Origin: a virus
Lineage: Duplodnaviria; Caudoviricetes
Virus record (IMG/VR): IMGVR_UViG_3300025601_000007
Direction: 5' to 3' (one strand)
Length of the DNA: 64,000 nt
The position numbers and the translations under genes were made by a program. Positions within the stretch are counted from its first letter, which is position 1. Every line of letters begins with the position of its first letter. The notes beneath the pieces are model-generated. The model made no database searches, had not been told where the DNA came from, and worked only from the letters and a program-made list of their open reading frames with translations. Of this stretch, positions 45,677-54,638 are shown one piece after another.

Positions 45677-46804
45677 TCACACTGCTATCGGCGCTTTAAT
45701 CGCTGGTAGCGGGTTGTAGTTTTTCACTTTGATGTCATCCAGAGTGAAGTCGTATATAGACTTGATGTTAGGATTCAATTCCAACGTTGGAAGCCTGGGT
45801 CCTTCGTATTTGCCAATCCTATTTTTTGCTGATTGGCGGTCTATAAAGTAGTCATCTCCAAGAATTGGCTCTTTGAAATCTTTCACCTCCATCATTTTAT
45901 CGACATCCTCTTGGTTCAAGTGGGTGCGATTCAAATATGAGTTCACTTGGTCTCTGTGGTTCACATAAAGATGTGCATCTCCAAAAGTGTGTGTGAACAC
46001 TCCTGGGAGCATTCCAGTGACCTGGGCAATCATGTGTGTGAACACAGCATATGACGCGATGTTAAAGGGCACTCCGAGGAATACGTCGGCACTTCTCTGA
46101 TAGAGTTGGCAATCAAGCCTCTTTGTTGGGAGGCTTTCTCGGTCGTAGCCTAGCTCGATTGCTTTTTCTATTTCTTCATAGCTCAAATCTACAACGTTAA
46201 ACTGGTACATACAGTGACACGGAGATAAAGCCATGTCTGGTAAATCATCTACATTCCAAGAGTTTACGATGTGCCGTCTTGAGTCTGGATTGTTCTTTAA
46301 GCCCTCAATAAGACTCTCAAGCTGATTGGAGGTGCCATTTTTAATTCCAACCCACTTTACCCACTGCTTACCATAGACAGGGCCTAACTCTCCCCATTTA
46401 AGCACCCAAGAGTCATTGTGTGGTCGGCGCTTAATCTCACTTATAAACTCAGCCTGTGTTAAAGGTCTTGTACAGTTGTTTTGAGGGTCTTCTGTATGGA
46501 ATTCATAGTCTGGCTCATCCAGGCTCTCTGCATGCGTTAGAAACGTCTTATATGCCCATTCATTCCAGATGTGAACTTTGTTGTCGACAAGATACTTTAT
46601 ATTGGTATCTCCTTTGATAAACCATAAGAGTTCAACAAATACTCCGCGAGTAAATGTTTTCTTGAGTCCCAGAAGTGGAAATCCGTCTAGAAGGTCGTAT
46701 TGGTTCTGGTATCCGAAGATAGAGTAGGTTCCAGTTCCAGTTCTGTCGCCTTTTAATCTTCCTTTCTCCAAGATGTGTGATACGAGGTCGTTAAACTGTT
46801 TCAT
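45677..46804 (-). CDS. thyA: thymidylate synthase
   Basis: DRTGTGT, ELLWFIKG, LGPVYG.QW, MALSPCH, YQRSADVFLGVPFNIASY, GDAHLY. Confidence 0.97.
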   Translation of the reverse strand: MKQFNDLVSHILEKGRLKGDRTGTGTYSIFGYQNQYDLLDGFPLLGLKKTFTRGVFVELLWFIKGDTNIKYLVDNKVHIWNEWAYKTFLTHAESLDEPDYEFHTEDPQNNCTRPLTQAEFISEIKRRPHNDSWVLKWGELGPVYGKQWVKWVGIKNGTSNQLESLIEGLKNNPDSRRHIVNSWNVDDLPDMALSPCHCMYQFNVVDLSYEEIEKAIELGYDRESLPTKRLDCQLYQRSADVFLGVPFNIASYAVFTHMIAQVTGMLPGVFTHTFGDAHLYVNHRDQVNSYLNRTHLNQEDVDKMMEVKDFKEPILGDDYFIDRQSAKNRIGKYEGPRLPTLELNPNIKSIYDFTLDDIKVKNYNPLPAIKAPIAV

Positions 46805-47352
46805 TAGTCCTTCTTTTCTAAGATTATCCGCTCTGCGTCGGTATCTCTGTTTATAGCTTTCTCACTGGAGAACTTTTTACCATAACGCTTAGTGAGTTTC
46901 TCGATGTTTCTATCCCAAATGGATTTGATGCTCCATTTATGGTTTCTAAACAAGATGGCTAGGTACCAAAAGATGTCACCTACTTCTTCTTTGGCGTTGA
47001 CCAAGTCAAATTCTTTCTGCTTCCACTTGTGATTGTACATCGCCTCTAGAAGTTCTCCTGCTTCTGTGCACACTCCTATGACAGCGTGCATATCTGATTC
47101 TTCTGCATCCACTGATGGTGTGAAGGCTTCGTTTAAACCTGCTGTTTGAACAGGAGTTTTAAATCCTTCAGGAAGGTCTTTGCCGTAATATTTGTGTTTC
47201 TTCATTATATCCAAATCCTCTGTTGCTTTGAGGAATTGTTCGATTGCTCCTTTGAGCTGAAGCTCTCTTTGGTACAATGGGTCTTCTGTGTCGTGGCCGA
47301 ATGACCCGCTAACAAAGGCCTCGCTTTTCTTGAGGTATTTTTTGAATTTCAT
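46804..47352 (-). CDS. MazG-like NTP pyrophosphatase
   Basis: HAVIGVCTEAGELL...KEEVGDIFWYLA...NIEKL..RY. Confidence 0.85.
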   Translation of the reverse strand: MKFKKYLKKSEAFVSGSFGHDTEDPLYQRELQLKGAIEQFLKATEDLDIMKKHKYYGKDLPEGFKTPVQTAGLNEAFTPSVDAEESDMHAVIGVCTEAGELLEAMYNHKWKQKEFDLVNAKEEVGDIFWYLAILFRNHKWSIKSIWDRNIEKLTKRYGKKFSSEKAINRDTDAERIILEKKD

Positions 47353-47378
47353 TCGAAAATGTTGTTGTGTTGCAAGCG

Positions 47379-47409
47379 CAAACATACAACAAGTTGTCTA
47401 TAATTCAAA
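47379..47409 (-). promoter_or_regulatory. Bacteroidetes sigma70 promoter TTTG-N19-TATGTTTG
   Basis: Matches the -33/-7 consensus; other TAnnTTTG boxes near 8522, 12282, 16025, 22542, 26668, 29183. Confidence 0.65.
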
Positions 47410-47479
47410 ATTAGATTATAAAATTGACCCCGAAAGAATGCAGGATAATACGCCGCCATCCCTTGAAAAATAAAACAAA

Positions 47480-47541
47480 ACCAGCTCGCTGTATATAATT
47501 AATGGCTAAAAAGCCACTAACCATATACAATTGTTGTGTGT
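47480..47541. repeat. attC-like site 1
   Basis: accagc-tcgc-tgtatat...atataca-att-gttgtgt. Confidence 0.65.
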
Positions 47542-47544
47542 AAT

Positions 47545-47832
47545 TTAATCTAAGTCTTCGCCCATTCTACAAAGTATATCTTTTAAATCCCATAAAACTA
47601 AATTGCACTTGTTCCATTGGCTAAATGTTTTGTCGTAATCATTCATAAGGTTCTTGCTCTTATACAAGTCTAAGTTTTCGCTCAATTTAGCTTTAAGGGT
47701 TTCTTCCTTTTTAATAAGTTCGTGAATAAAACTACGCCCAACATTGTATAAATACAATACTCGCTCTAGTGCCTCTTCACTACCTATTTCTAATCTTTGG
47801 TGTTGGTCTTTTATATTATCTATTTCTGTCAT
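47545..47832 (-). CDS. cassette hypothetical protein; first ~30 codons lie inside attC-like site 2
   Basis: ORF spans the GTT crossover at 47740-47742. Confidence 0.7.
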   Translation of the reverse strand: MTEIDNIKDQHQRLEIGSEEALERVLYLYNVGRSFIHELIKKEETLKAKLSENLDLYKSKNLMNDYDKTFSQWNKCNLVLWDLKDILCRMGEDLD

Positions 47833-47877
47833 TGTCGTACTGTCATTGTCGTACTGTTTTTATACTTACCGTTACCT
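47736..47877. repeat. attC-like site 2 (long, 142 bp)
   Basis: gcccaac-att-gtataa...ttatac-ttacc-gttacct; contains a 14-bp tandem duplication. Confidence 0.7.
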
Positions 47878-48127
47878 ACAATGGCTGATACTTTAGTTTA
47901 ACCTTATGTTTCGCCAAGTAATCGCATCTACAAACAGCAAGTGTTATATCATCATAGGCACTATCACAATCAGCGTGCGTAACGCTTGGAACCCATACGT
48001 GATAGTTTGGTTTTTGTTTAGTTCCTTCATTACTTACATAATAGCCATTTACATTATGTAATATTCCAAGCTTTACTTCTTCTTCTTCAGTTCCATTTGG
48101 CTCGTATTTATTTTTTATTTCAGTCAT
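47876..48127 (-). CDS. cassette hypothetical protein
   Basis: Stop codon overlaps the R box. Confidence 0.75.
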   Translation of the reverse strand: MTEIKNKYEPNGTEEEEVKLGILHNVNGYYVSNEGTKQKPNYHVWVPSVTHADCDSAYDDITLAVCRCDYLAKHKVKLKYQPL

Positions 48128-48162
48128 TTATCAAAGTTTTTAGTTTATAAAATCGCCACAGT

Positions 48163-48225
48163 AGGTAACAATGTATAAAATTAACCTACGGTCGCTATCG
48201 CTTAATCTTATACTAAACGTTATGC
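48163..48225. repeat. attC-like site 3
   Basis: aggtaac-aat-gtataa...ttatac-taaac-gttatgc. Confidence 0.8.
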
Positions 48226-48310
48226 TCCATGCCTTAGTTCAGTTCTTCGATTTAACATTTGTAATGAAAAACAAAAAGAATTTCGCCAACGCAAAACAAA
48301 GATAATAAAA

Positions 48311-48799
48311 TTATTTCAAATTAATACTATATTTTTGAATATTTTTACTTATATAATCTTTTGCTGATTGGTATTCGTTAATATCATATTCAAAACTTTC
48401 TTCAGATGCAAACTCTTTACCTGCATAATTATCTATCAAATATTTAGAGTTTGTTATGTCCCAATCAATAACTGGATTTATATCATAAAAATCTTCATAT
48501 AAATCTTTAAGTTTTCTAACACCTCTTGCATCAATTATAATATTATGGTTATTTGGATGATAGCAAAAGGCATGAACAAAATTGAAATTATATTCAGCAT
48601 CTTCATCAACATCTTCAAATTCATCGTTAATTACCGCTATTTGATATTGTGGAAATATTTCATTCAACGCAACACAAAATGGAATACATTCACCACTCAT
48701 CCATTGTTCAATATCATTTTCATTTATTGTGTGATTTTCATTCACAAACTGCTTAAAGTTCTTAACTTTATCAATTATTTTACGCATATCTTCACTCAT
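48311..48799 (-). CDS. cassette protein with papain/transglutaminase-like C-H-D pattern and capsid-targeting-like N-terminus
   Basis: GECIPFCVAL, HAFC, IIDARG; KNFKQFVNE; ATATTTAT upstream. Confidence 0.65.
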   Translation of the reverse strand: MSEDMRKIIDKVKNFKQFVNENHTINENDIEQWMSGECIPFCVALNEIFPQYQIAVINDEFEDVDEDAEYNFNFVHAFCYHPNNHNIIIDARGVRKLKDLYEDFYDINPVIDWDITNSKYLIDNYAGKEFASEESFEYDINEYQSAKDYISKNIQKYSINLK

Positions 48800-48907
48800 A
48801 GTTTCTTTATATATAAATATTCGGTTTTTAAAACTCCACTCTAAAATTCTTTTTATTTTTCTTTCGTGTTTCAAATCAACATTATCAGTTAATAAATCGG
48901 CACGAGA

Positions 48908-49001
48908 GCATAACAAGGTGTATAAGAAAGTTTGCTATCAGCATTTGTGGTAATTTGATAGTTTATCTAAGCAAACCTTCTCATACACCCAGCCGTTATG
49001 T
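48908..49001. repeat. attC-like site 4
   Basis: gcataac-aag-gtgtataag..gtttgc...gcaaac..ctcatacac-ccagcc-gttatgt. Confidence 0.85.
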
Positions 49002-49008
49002 GTAAGTG

Positions 49009-49449
49009 TTACATTAGTGATTCCAAATAACCTTTTTCTATAATATTTTCCAAACCATTAAATTCTAAATTAGTATCAATTTTAAAAACATTACCATTAG
49101 ATGGTTCAGAATAATAATCAGTATAACCTTCACCAACCACAATAACATCATTAATTAAAGTACTATTTAATAATGAATCAAAAACTCTATGATAACCATC
49201 AACTAAAAACAATAAATTATTATCAGTTCTCCAAACATTTAAAGGTTCTTTATTACTATGTGATTTTTTACCATCAATAAAATTATTAAAAACCCCCATT
49301 AAACTTCTTTTACTCAATATTAATTCATTTATGTTAATCTTTAATAAATCATAATATTCGTCACTTTCTTCATCATAATATTTATTCTCATTCAAGAACT
49401 TACCAAAGTTCTTAACCTTATTTATTTGTTCTCTCATTTCTTTACTCAT
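49009..49449 (-). CDS. cassette protein with ParB-like (DGYHR) motif and capsid-targeting-like N-terminus
   Basis: LFLVDGYHR; KNFGKFLNE. Confidence 0.7.
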   Translation of the reverse strand: MSKEMREQINKVKNFGKFLNENKYYDEESDEYYDLLKININELILSKRSLMGVFNNFIDGKKSHSNKEPLNVWRTDNNLLFLVDGYHRVFDSLLNSTLINDVIVVGEGYTDYYSEPSNGNVFKIDTNLEFNGLENIIEKGYLESLM

Positions 49450-49482
49450 AACATTTCTTTATATATACATTCCGCTGTGTGT
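49444..49482. repeat. collapsed attC-like site 5
   Basis: actcataac...gctgtgtgt with a very short arm; the ATG of 49009..49449 sits in the R box. Confidence 0.4.
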
Positions 49483-49486
49483 AATA

Positions 49487-49711
49487 CTAGCCCTCGTTTT
49501 CCCATTTATCTAATATTTCTTTGTAATACTTAGATTCTTTTAGGTTTTTGTGTGGGTTATTTTTCTTTAATCCATTCGGCAACGAACAACATAATCCATC
49601 ATGTCCTGTCATGCCATCACCTGTATGGCATCCACATTTACACTCCATTACAACTGCCCACTTATAAAACTCATAATTTACACAAAGAGTACACTTACAT
49701 GATTTTCCCAT
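49487..49711 (-). CDS. cassette Cys-rich small protein
   Basis: CxCxxC, CxCxC, CC. Confidence 0.7.
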   Translation of the reverse strand: MGKSCKCTLCVNYEFYKWAVVMECKCGCHTGDGMTGHDGLCCSLPNGLKKNNPHKNLKESKYYKEILDKWENEG

Positions 49712-49735
49712 ATTTGTAATTTAAATCCGTACTAA

Positions 49736-49796
49736 GCCTAATACTACCTATAATCCATTGCGAAAAGCAACGTATCATAGCCAAAACGCTAACTAC
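49736..49796. repeat. degenerate attC-like site 6
   Basis: gcctaat...tataatccattgc-gaaaa-gcaacgtatcatagcc-aaaac-gctaactac. Confidence 0.55.
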
Positions 49797-49880
49797 AAGC
49801 GGGTGTAGTGGCACGTATTTAATTTTCTGCGTAATCAGAAGAAAAAATAAAAGCCACCCGCTTTTGGTTTTACCAACCAA

Positions 49881-50384
49881 TTAGGTTCTCCACAATTGGA
49901 GTGTTTTTAGTTCATATGCTACAATTCTTCTAACAATTGCATCAAATGTTTTTTTACTGTATTTACCGTCAGGTAAATCACTACCTCTATTCCAGTCTTC
50001 ACCAACTCTGTTTTTTCTAGTTGATGCAATACAGCCTAGGTATCCACTACTTTTATCTGTTGGTTTATATCCAGAAATTGAGTAATAGTGGTCGTTTGTA
50101 TGTAATCTGCAAATAAACTTGTTTTTTCCTGCCTCTTTAGTGTCAAGGAAAATTAATGCTTGCGAGTCAACATTTCCATATCGCACAAGTTCTTTTAACC
50201 ATAAGGCAAACTCAGGAGCAATATCAATAAGTTCTTCGTACTTAATCAATGTTGAATTGTTTTTCTCACTCAACCTTCTTTTTAATTCTTGGTTGTATTC
50301 TTCATTTGTTTCTACTCTTTCCACTTGTGGATGAGCATCTGTTTTTTCGGGGGCATTTTTGCCCGACTTAACATCTTCTTTCAT
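49881..50384 (-). CDS. cassette hypothetical protein
   Basis: 167-aa ORF between sites 6 and 7. Confidence 0.8.
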   Translation of the reverse strand: MKEDVKSGKNAPEKTDAHPQVERVETNEEYNQELKRRLSEKNNSTLIKYEELIDIAPEFALWLKELVRYGNVDSQALIFLDTKEAGKNKFICRLHTNDHYYSISGYKPTDKSSGYLGCIASTRKNRVGEDWNRGSDLPDGKYSKKTFDAIVRRIVAYELKTLQLWRT

Positions 50385-50482
50385 CTTATTATTAATTTAT
50401 TTTTACCCACCCTTCTTTTTATTTTTTAGTGCTTCGTGCTTCGTGCTTCGTACTAGCGTTGGTGGGTCATTAATCCGCCAGT

Positions 50483-50541
50483 AGTTAACACTGTGTAAAT
50501 TGCATAGCGAAAAGCTACGCACCTTATACAAACCGTTATAT
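50483..50541. repeat. attC-like site 7
   Basis: agttaac-act-gtgtaa-attgcatagc..gctacgcacc-ttatac-aaacc-gttatat. Confidence 0.8.
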
Positions 50542-50599
50542 GCAATGCTACGTTTCTGCTTCGTATTAAGTTCTGTGTAAAAACCTTTTAAAAATTTCA

Positions 50600-50905
50600 C
50601 TACTCTTGATATAACACACCACTTTCAAAAGCAATTTCATTTTTTTCTAAATTAACAACACAATTAAATAATTTCCACACATTTGTTTCGTTACTTGGAA
50701 CAACAAAAATTGAATCATATTTTCCACTTACTAAATCATAACCATATTTAGATGTGAAATTAATTTTGAATGGATTCCATTTTTGATAACCAGTTAAAGA
50801 TTTTGAACCATCTTCATTTGTTTTTTCTTCTAAGTAAATTGAAGGGTTTTTTTCAAAACTTATTTGACATATTATGTCACCTAAAATAATCTTACCTGTT
50901 TTCAT
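50600..50905 (-). CDS. hypothetical protein (weak tail-tube gp19-like pattern)
   Basis: KWNPFKINF...W.L.NC; by eye only. Confidence 0.55.
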   Translation of the reverse strand: MKTGKIILGDIICQISFEKNPSIYLEEKTNEDGSKSLTGYQKWNPFKINFTSKYGYDLVSGKYDSIFVVPSNETNVWKLFNCVVNLEKNEIAFESGVLYQE

Positions 50906-50946
50906 TTTTCTTGTTTTATTTTTTCTTGTTTTATTTTACTCACACA

Positions 50947-51222
50947 CTATTTAGTTTCATAAAACATAGCACCTTTTTCCTTAGCGAAATTTTTTATGTA
51001 ATTTATCATTTGTGTTGAATAGTCATTCCCTCTAAATTCTCCATCAACACTAATCATCGCCAAATAAAACTCTTTTTCGAGATTTGGTAAATATTCTGAA
51101 AATTGACCACCGTCATAATAATATTCAATATACCCAATTTTATCATCACCATCTAACTTATATTGTGATTTTTCATTCAAATATTCACGTATAGTTGTTG
51201 CTATAAATTTTCGTATTTCCAT
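50947..51222 (-). CDS. truncated GNAT-like protein with capsid-targeting-like N-terminus
   Basis: ISVDGEFRGNDYS...AKEKG; IRKFIATTIREYLNE. Confidence 0.55.
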   Translation of the reverse strand: MEIRKFIATTIREYLNEKSQYKLDGDDKIGYIEYYYDGGQFSEYLPNLEKEFYLAMISVDGEFRGNDYSTQMINYIKNFAKEKGAMFYETK

Positions 51223-51250
51223 ATTATGATATAATTGATTTTATCACCCT

Positions 51251-52342
51251 TTACTCAGAAACGCTTCCAATGGCCAAGTGAATGTCGTATTCCATCAGTG
51301 TAATTTCTGTCTTATTGCTTTGATTCATCCACATTATTCGGTCATTAATCGAGTTGATTGACTTTTTAAAATACGCAGCTTTCTCGTATGCTTCTGTGTC
51401 TGCAGCTTCTAACATCTTCTCACTTAAATCATTTACAAGGCTCTTTGATTTCTCTAAAAGAAAATTTATAGGTATAGTTTTGTCTTTTAAATCAATCATT
51501 TCTTGCTTTATTTCGTTGCTCAACCTAATTAATTGACTAAAATGTCGAGGAGACTCCAGATTAATCGTGATGTAGTTAGCAAGATTTATATCAGCTGATA
51601 TCTCCAAAATAGACACCACTTTTTTGATAGAATATTTATCGTGGTCCACCGCTTCTTTTGTTTCAAATTGAAAAGTTGCCGTGTATAAGCAGTCTATGTC
51701 ATTAATAAATTCTTTATAATTTGACACACTCTCAAAATACAGCTCTTTCGTGTTTCCTCTGTCGATTCTTCTAAATTTCGCTCCTATTGGTTTAATAAAT
51801 CTTTTTCCAGCGTCTCCTTTTTTTGTGTAAAAATCTCCGTTGAGGTTATAAATAACATCTCCATCTTTGAGGAGCGCTCCTTCTAAGAAAAGGTAAAAGT
51901 ATAATTCAATTGTTTCTCCTACTGGTGGAATTCTAAATTTGCTCCCCAATGGCAATGTGGAGTGAGAGACATCTAATAGAAAATCTTCTTGTGATGTTGA
52001 TTCTTGAGCCATCTCATCTTCTACTTCCTGAGATATGGTGCTTAGCTCTTTTCGAATGGCTTCTTCCAGGCTTTTATTATAACTCATACCAGTTTCGTCA
52101 AGAGTGCTTCTAATCATCTTGTTGCTGACCTTCACACTTTTAGCGTTTTCGAATGTAAGGGGCTCTGTTTGAACAAACCCCATCCTTTTCAACAGCTTGC
52201 ACGCCCTAGCAAAAGAGGGTTGGTCCATAATTTCTGTATTAAGTGTAGGAGAGTTTGGTGAAGTTATGAAAATCATAGTTTCCCTTTCTTCTGAGAAAGG
52301 GTTCTTTATTATACAGTATCCAAGTTTAATATTGCTATTCAT
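51251..52342 (-). CDS. hypothetical protein with C-terminal UVR-like helix
   Basis: MLEAADTEAYEKAAYFK. Confidence 0.75.
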   Translation of the reverse strand: MNSNIKLGYCIIKNPFSEERETMIFITSPNSPTLNTEIMDQPSFARACKLLKRMGFVQTEPLTFENAKSVKVSNKMIRSTLDETGMSYNKSLEEAIRKELSTISQEVEDEMAQESTSQEDFLLDVSHSTLPLGSKFRIPPVGETIELYFYLFLEGALLKDGDVIYNLNGDFYTKKGDAGKRFIKPIGAKFRRIDRGNTKELYFESVSNYKEFINDIDCLYTATFQFETKEAVDHDKYSIKKVVSILEISADINLANYITINLESPRHFSQLIRLSNEIKQEMIDLKDKTIPINFLLEKSKSLVNDLSEKMLEAADTEAYEKAAYFKKSINSINDRIMWMNQSNKTEITLMEYDIHLAIGSVSE

Positions 52343-52350
52343 AATCCTTT

Positions 52351-52367
52351 CTATTTATGATAAATAG
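52351..52367. promoter_or_regulatory. palindromic bidirectional late-type promoter CTATTTAT-G-ATAAATAG
   Basis: Between divergent genes; single CTATTTAT copies at 37061, 38626, 39210, 41246, 42749, 54614 (+) and 55974, 59884, 63933 (-). Confidence 0.65.
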
Positions 52368-52398
52368 CATCAAATTGATAGGTAAACACTTTTAAATC

Positions 52399-53025
52399 AT
52401 GACAAAAACATTCACAGTGGCTAGTGGCAAGCACTATTTTAAAGGATTAAAATTCCAAGAATTATTTTACCCTATCCTTATGCTTGTGGTTACATTTGGA
52501 TTATCTATATCTTCTTTTGTTCAATCTACTTTCGTCTGGGGAGGATTAGGGGCTTCGTTGATATTATATGGATTTGCAAAATGGAAACTGTTAGACCTTG
52601 AGATATTGGCTAGATTCTCACCAGAGTGTCTTTACACTCTAGATACTAATTTTGACCAAATAAACAAGCTTTATGGCTTAGGGGAGGGTGTGCACCACAA
52701 AGATTCTGCAAGATTCGGCTGGAGATGTGTAGACGGTAAGAGTATCGAGATTATAGCTTACTGCTACGTTAGAGGCGAAAGACAAAGTAGAAAGCTTATG
52801 GATTGCTCCACTAATGAATGGTTAAAACTGGATTTGTACATTGAAAAAGGTAAGTATGTGTTTGTCGGCGAAAACGAAGACGGTGAGAAAGCCAGAGTTT
52901 CTATGCCAAGACGAACGGGTTTCTTCTTTGGTAGACTATTTACTTACAAACTGTTTCCTTACTTTGGAGGGTCTATTGGTGCTCCGCACCAGATGTCTAT
53001 AGAGGTGGTGGAAAAAGAAAAATAA
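52399..53025 (+). CDS. membrane-anchored beta-rich protein
   Basis: TM hairpin; INKLYG..H..SARFGWR...AY.Y..G.R. Confidence 0.7.
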   Translation: MTKTFTVASGKHYFKGLKFQELFYPILMLVVTFGLSISSFVQSTFVWGGLGASLILYGFAKWKLLDLEILARFSPECLYTLDTNFDQINKLYGLGEGVHHKDSARFGWRCVDGKSIEIIAYCYVRGERQSRKLMDCSTNEWLKLDLYIEKGKYVFVGENEDGEKARVSMPRRTGFFFGRLFTYKLFPYFGGSIGAPHQMSIEVVEKEK

Positions 53026-53028
53026 GAG

Positions 53029-53301
53029 ATGGAAAACAAAAAATCAAACCTAAGCGAAACTGAAGAAGAAGCTCTGAGAAATTACATTCGTGAGCTCATG
53101 GTCAAAGACTTGGGTGAACATGATGCTTTATACACTAAGCCTAAGCATTGGAAAGACGAAGTAGCAGACCTGAGGACTGATATGACTCAACTATTACAAC
53201 ATATTGAGGATGACGAGTACCAAGATGGAGTTGAAAATATTGACCGAGTAACTTCTAAATTGAAATCTTGGAAAAACAAAATAAAAAAATACCTGAACTA
53301 A
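53029..53301 (+). CDS. hypothetical protein
   Basis: LRNYIRELM motif. Confidence 0.7.
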   Translation: MENKKSNLSETEEEALRNYIRELMVKDLGEHDALYTKPKHWKDEVADLRTDMTQLLQHIEDDEYQDGVENIDRVTSKLKSWKNKIKKYLN

Positions 53302-54239
53302 TCACAGTGCTGGCTGTTGGAGGGAATGGCTGATATATGTGGAGGAAGCTCGAAATGAGGATGATGCTCCTGAATCTTGACTACGTTGTTTTCATCTAAT
53401 TGAGACAGGTCCACAAGGGCTTTGTAGTTTTTTAAATAATGTATTAACAGCAATTCTATTCCGTATGGAGTTAATTCCTTTATTCTCGCTCTCATTGCCA
53501 AATGTAGTTCTTCATAGTCAAAGTTTGCCATAAGCTTCACTAACTCGTACACGTCCGCATCTAAAAATATAACTGGGTCCATGTGTTCATACATCTGCGG
53601 TTGACTCTCTAATATAAACCTCCAGTCCGTTGTTTTAAGCGCTGATAAACTCACTAGGTGTATAAACACCTCTCCCGTTGCTGCAAGCAGCTCTCCTATT
53701 TGAAGATTGTTGAACTTCTGATACGGAACACTCATCACTACTTTTTTTTGAAACCCATATGCCTTTGCAATCTGAAACCCTTGGATGTAAGAGAAGTTGT
53801 ATTTGTGAATGTCTATTTTATCCAAAAAATACTTAAGTCCCATAAGCAGTAAGGAGTGGGCTTCTTCTTGATTGATGCTAGATATCTGAATCCCTAAAAA
53901 GCTTAGTAAATCTGGCCTTCGTTTTAAGATGTGCATAACATCGCCAACTCTAAGCCCTCTTTCTTTTAGCTTAATGTGGCTTTCAATAAACTCTGTTTCC
54001 TGATTGTCAATTAGCCTGACCACACAGCGAACTAATTTTCGTACAGGCATACTATTCCAGAGAACTTTGTCTCGAACATAAGAGCAATCACAAATAGTTT
54101 TATCACTCAACCTCTCAATATCTACTTTTGACATCAAGTGACTCATTTCGCCTTCTTCAAAGTATTCCCAACAGTTTTCTATGAAGTAGTATGTAAATGC
54201 CTCAGCTATGTGTCTGACTTTATCTTTTTTTGAAGACAT
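53298..54239 (-). CDS. hypothetical helical protein
   Basis: 313-aa ORF. Confidence 0.8.
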   Translation of the reverse strand: MSSKKDKVRHIAEAFTYYFIENCWEYFEEGEMSHLMSKVDIERLSDKTICDCSYVRDKVLWNSMPVRKLVRCVVRLIDNQETEFIESHIKLKERGLRVGDVMHILKRRPDLLSFLGIQISSINQEEAHSLLLMGLKYFLDKIDIHKYNFSYIQGFQIAKAYGFQKKVVMSVPYQKFNNLQIGELLAATGEVFIHLVSLSALKTTDWRFILESQPQMYEHMDPVIFLDADVYELVKLMANFDYEELHLAMRARIKELTPYGIELLLIHYLKNYKALVDLSQLDENNVVKIQEHHPHFELPPHISAIPSNSQHCD

Positions 54240-54269
54240 TTGATTTTCTCATTTTATTAAATTATTATA

Positions 54270-54578
54270 GTGGCACAACAAGAAAATGTAAAGATGGCAA
54301 AACAAGAGATAAATATAGAAGAACTGGTTGGGAAAATATATTTCCAAATTGCAACATGGCACGGTGAGACTTCAGAATATCAAGAAGAAGAAAACAAAAT
54401 TCGCTTGCAAGCCGCAAGCTTTAAAATCATCAAGACTGTTTTTTCTGAAATAGGGATAAATCTTCACGAAGAGGAAAAGAAAAATGTTAAAGGTACAGAA
54501 CAAGACGATAAAATGGAGGGAGTTCAATCCAAGTTGTCAGGCATCGCTGCAAGGCTTAAATCCGAAGGATTTATTTAG
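54270..54578 (+). CDS. hypothetical protein
   Basis: ORF. Confidence 0.7.
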   Translation: MAQQENVKMAKQEINIEELVGKIYFQIATWHGETSEYQEEENKIRLQAASFKIIKTVFSEIGINLHEEEKKNVKGTEQDDKMEGVQSKLSGIAARLKSEGFI

Positions 54579-54638
54579 CAATATAAACGCTTATTGATAG
54601 GTGTTTTTCTCGCCTATTTATAGGAAACAACAACGGCT

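Larger units (their letters stand above)
47480..50543. mobile_element. CALIN-like array of integron-type gene cassettes (no IntI in window)
   Basis: Seven attC-like hairpins; cassette ends complementary 9/9, 9/9, 8/9, 8/9, 7/9; visibly AT-richer than flanks. Confidence 0.8.

Noticed and set aside
49444-49452. ACTCATAAC as a link between the early motif and the attC array
   Set aside because: It is simply the reverse complement of GTT-ATG-AGT, and there is no TCATCC box 15 nt upstream.
49797-49862. AAGCGGGTG...CACCCGCTT hairpin as an additional attC site
   Set aside because: It lacks a proper AAC box. The adjacent 49736-49796 element explains the cassette-end complementarity, so this is more likely a 3' UTR stem.
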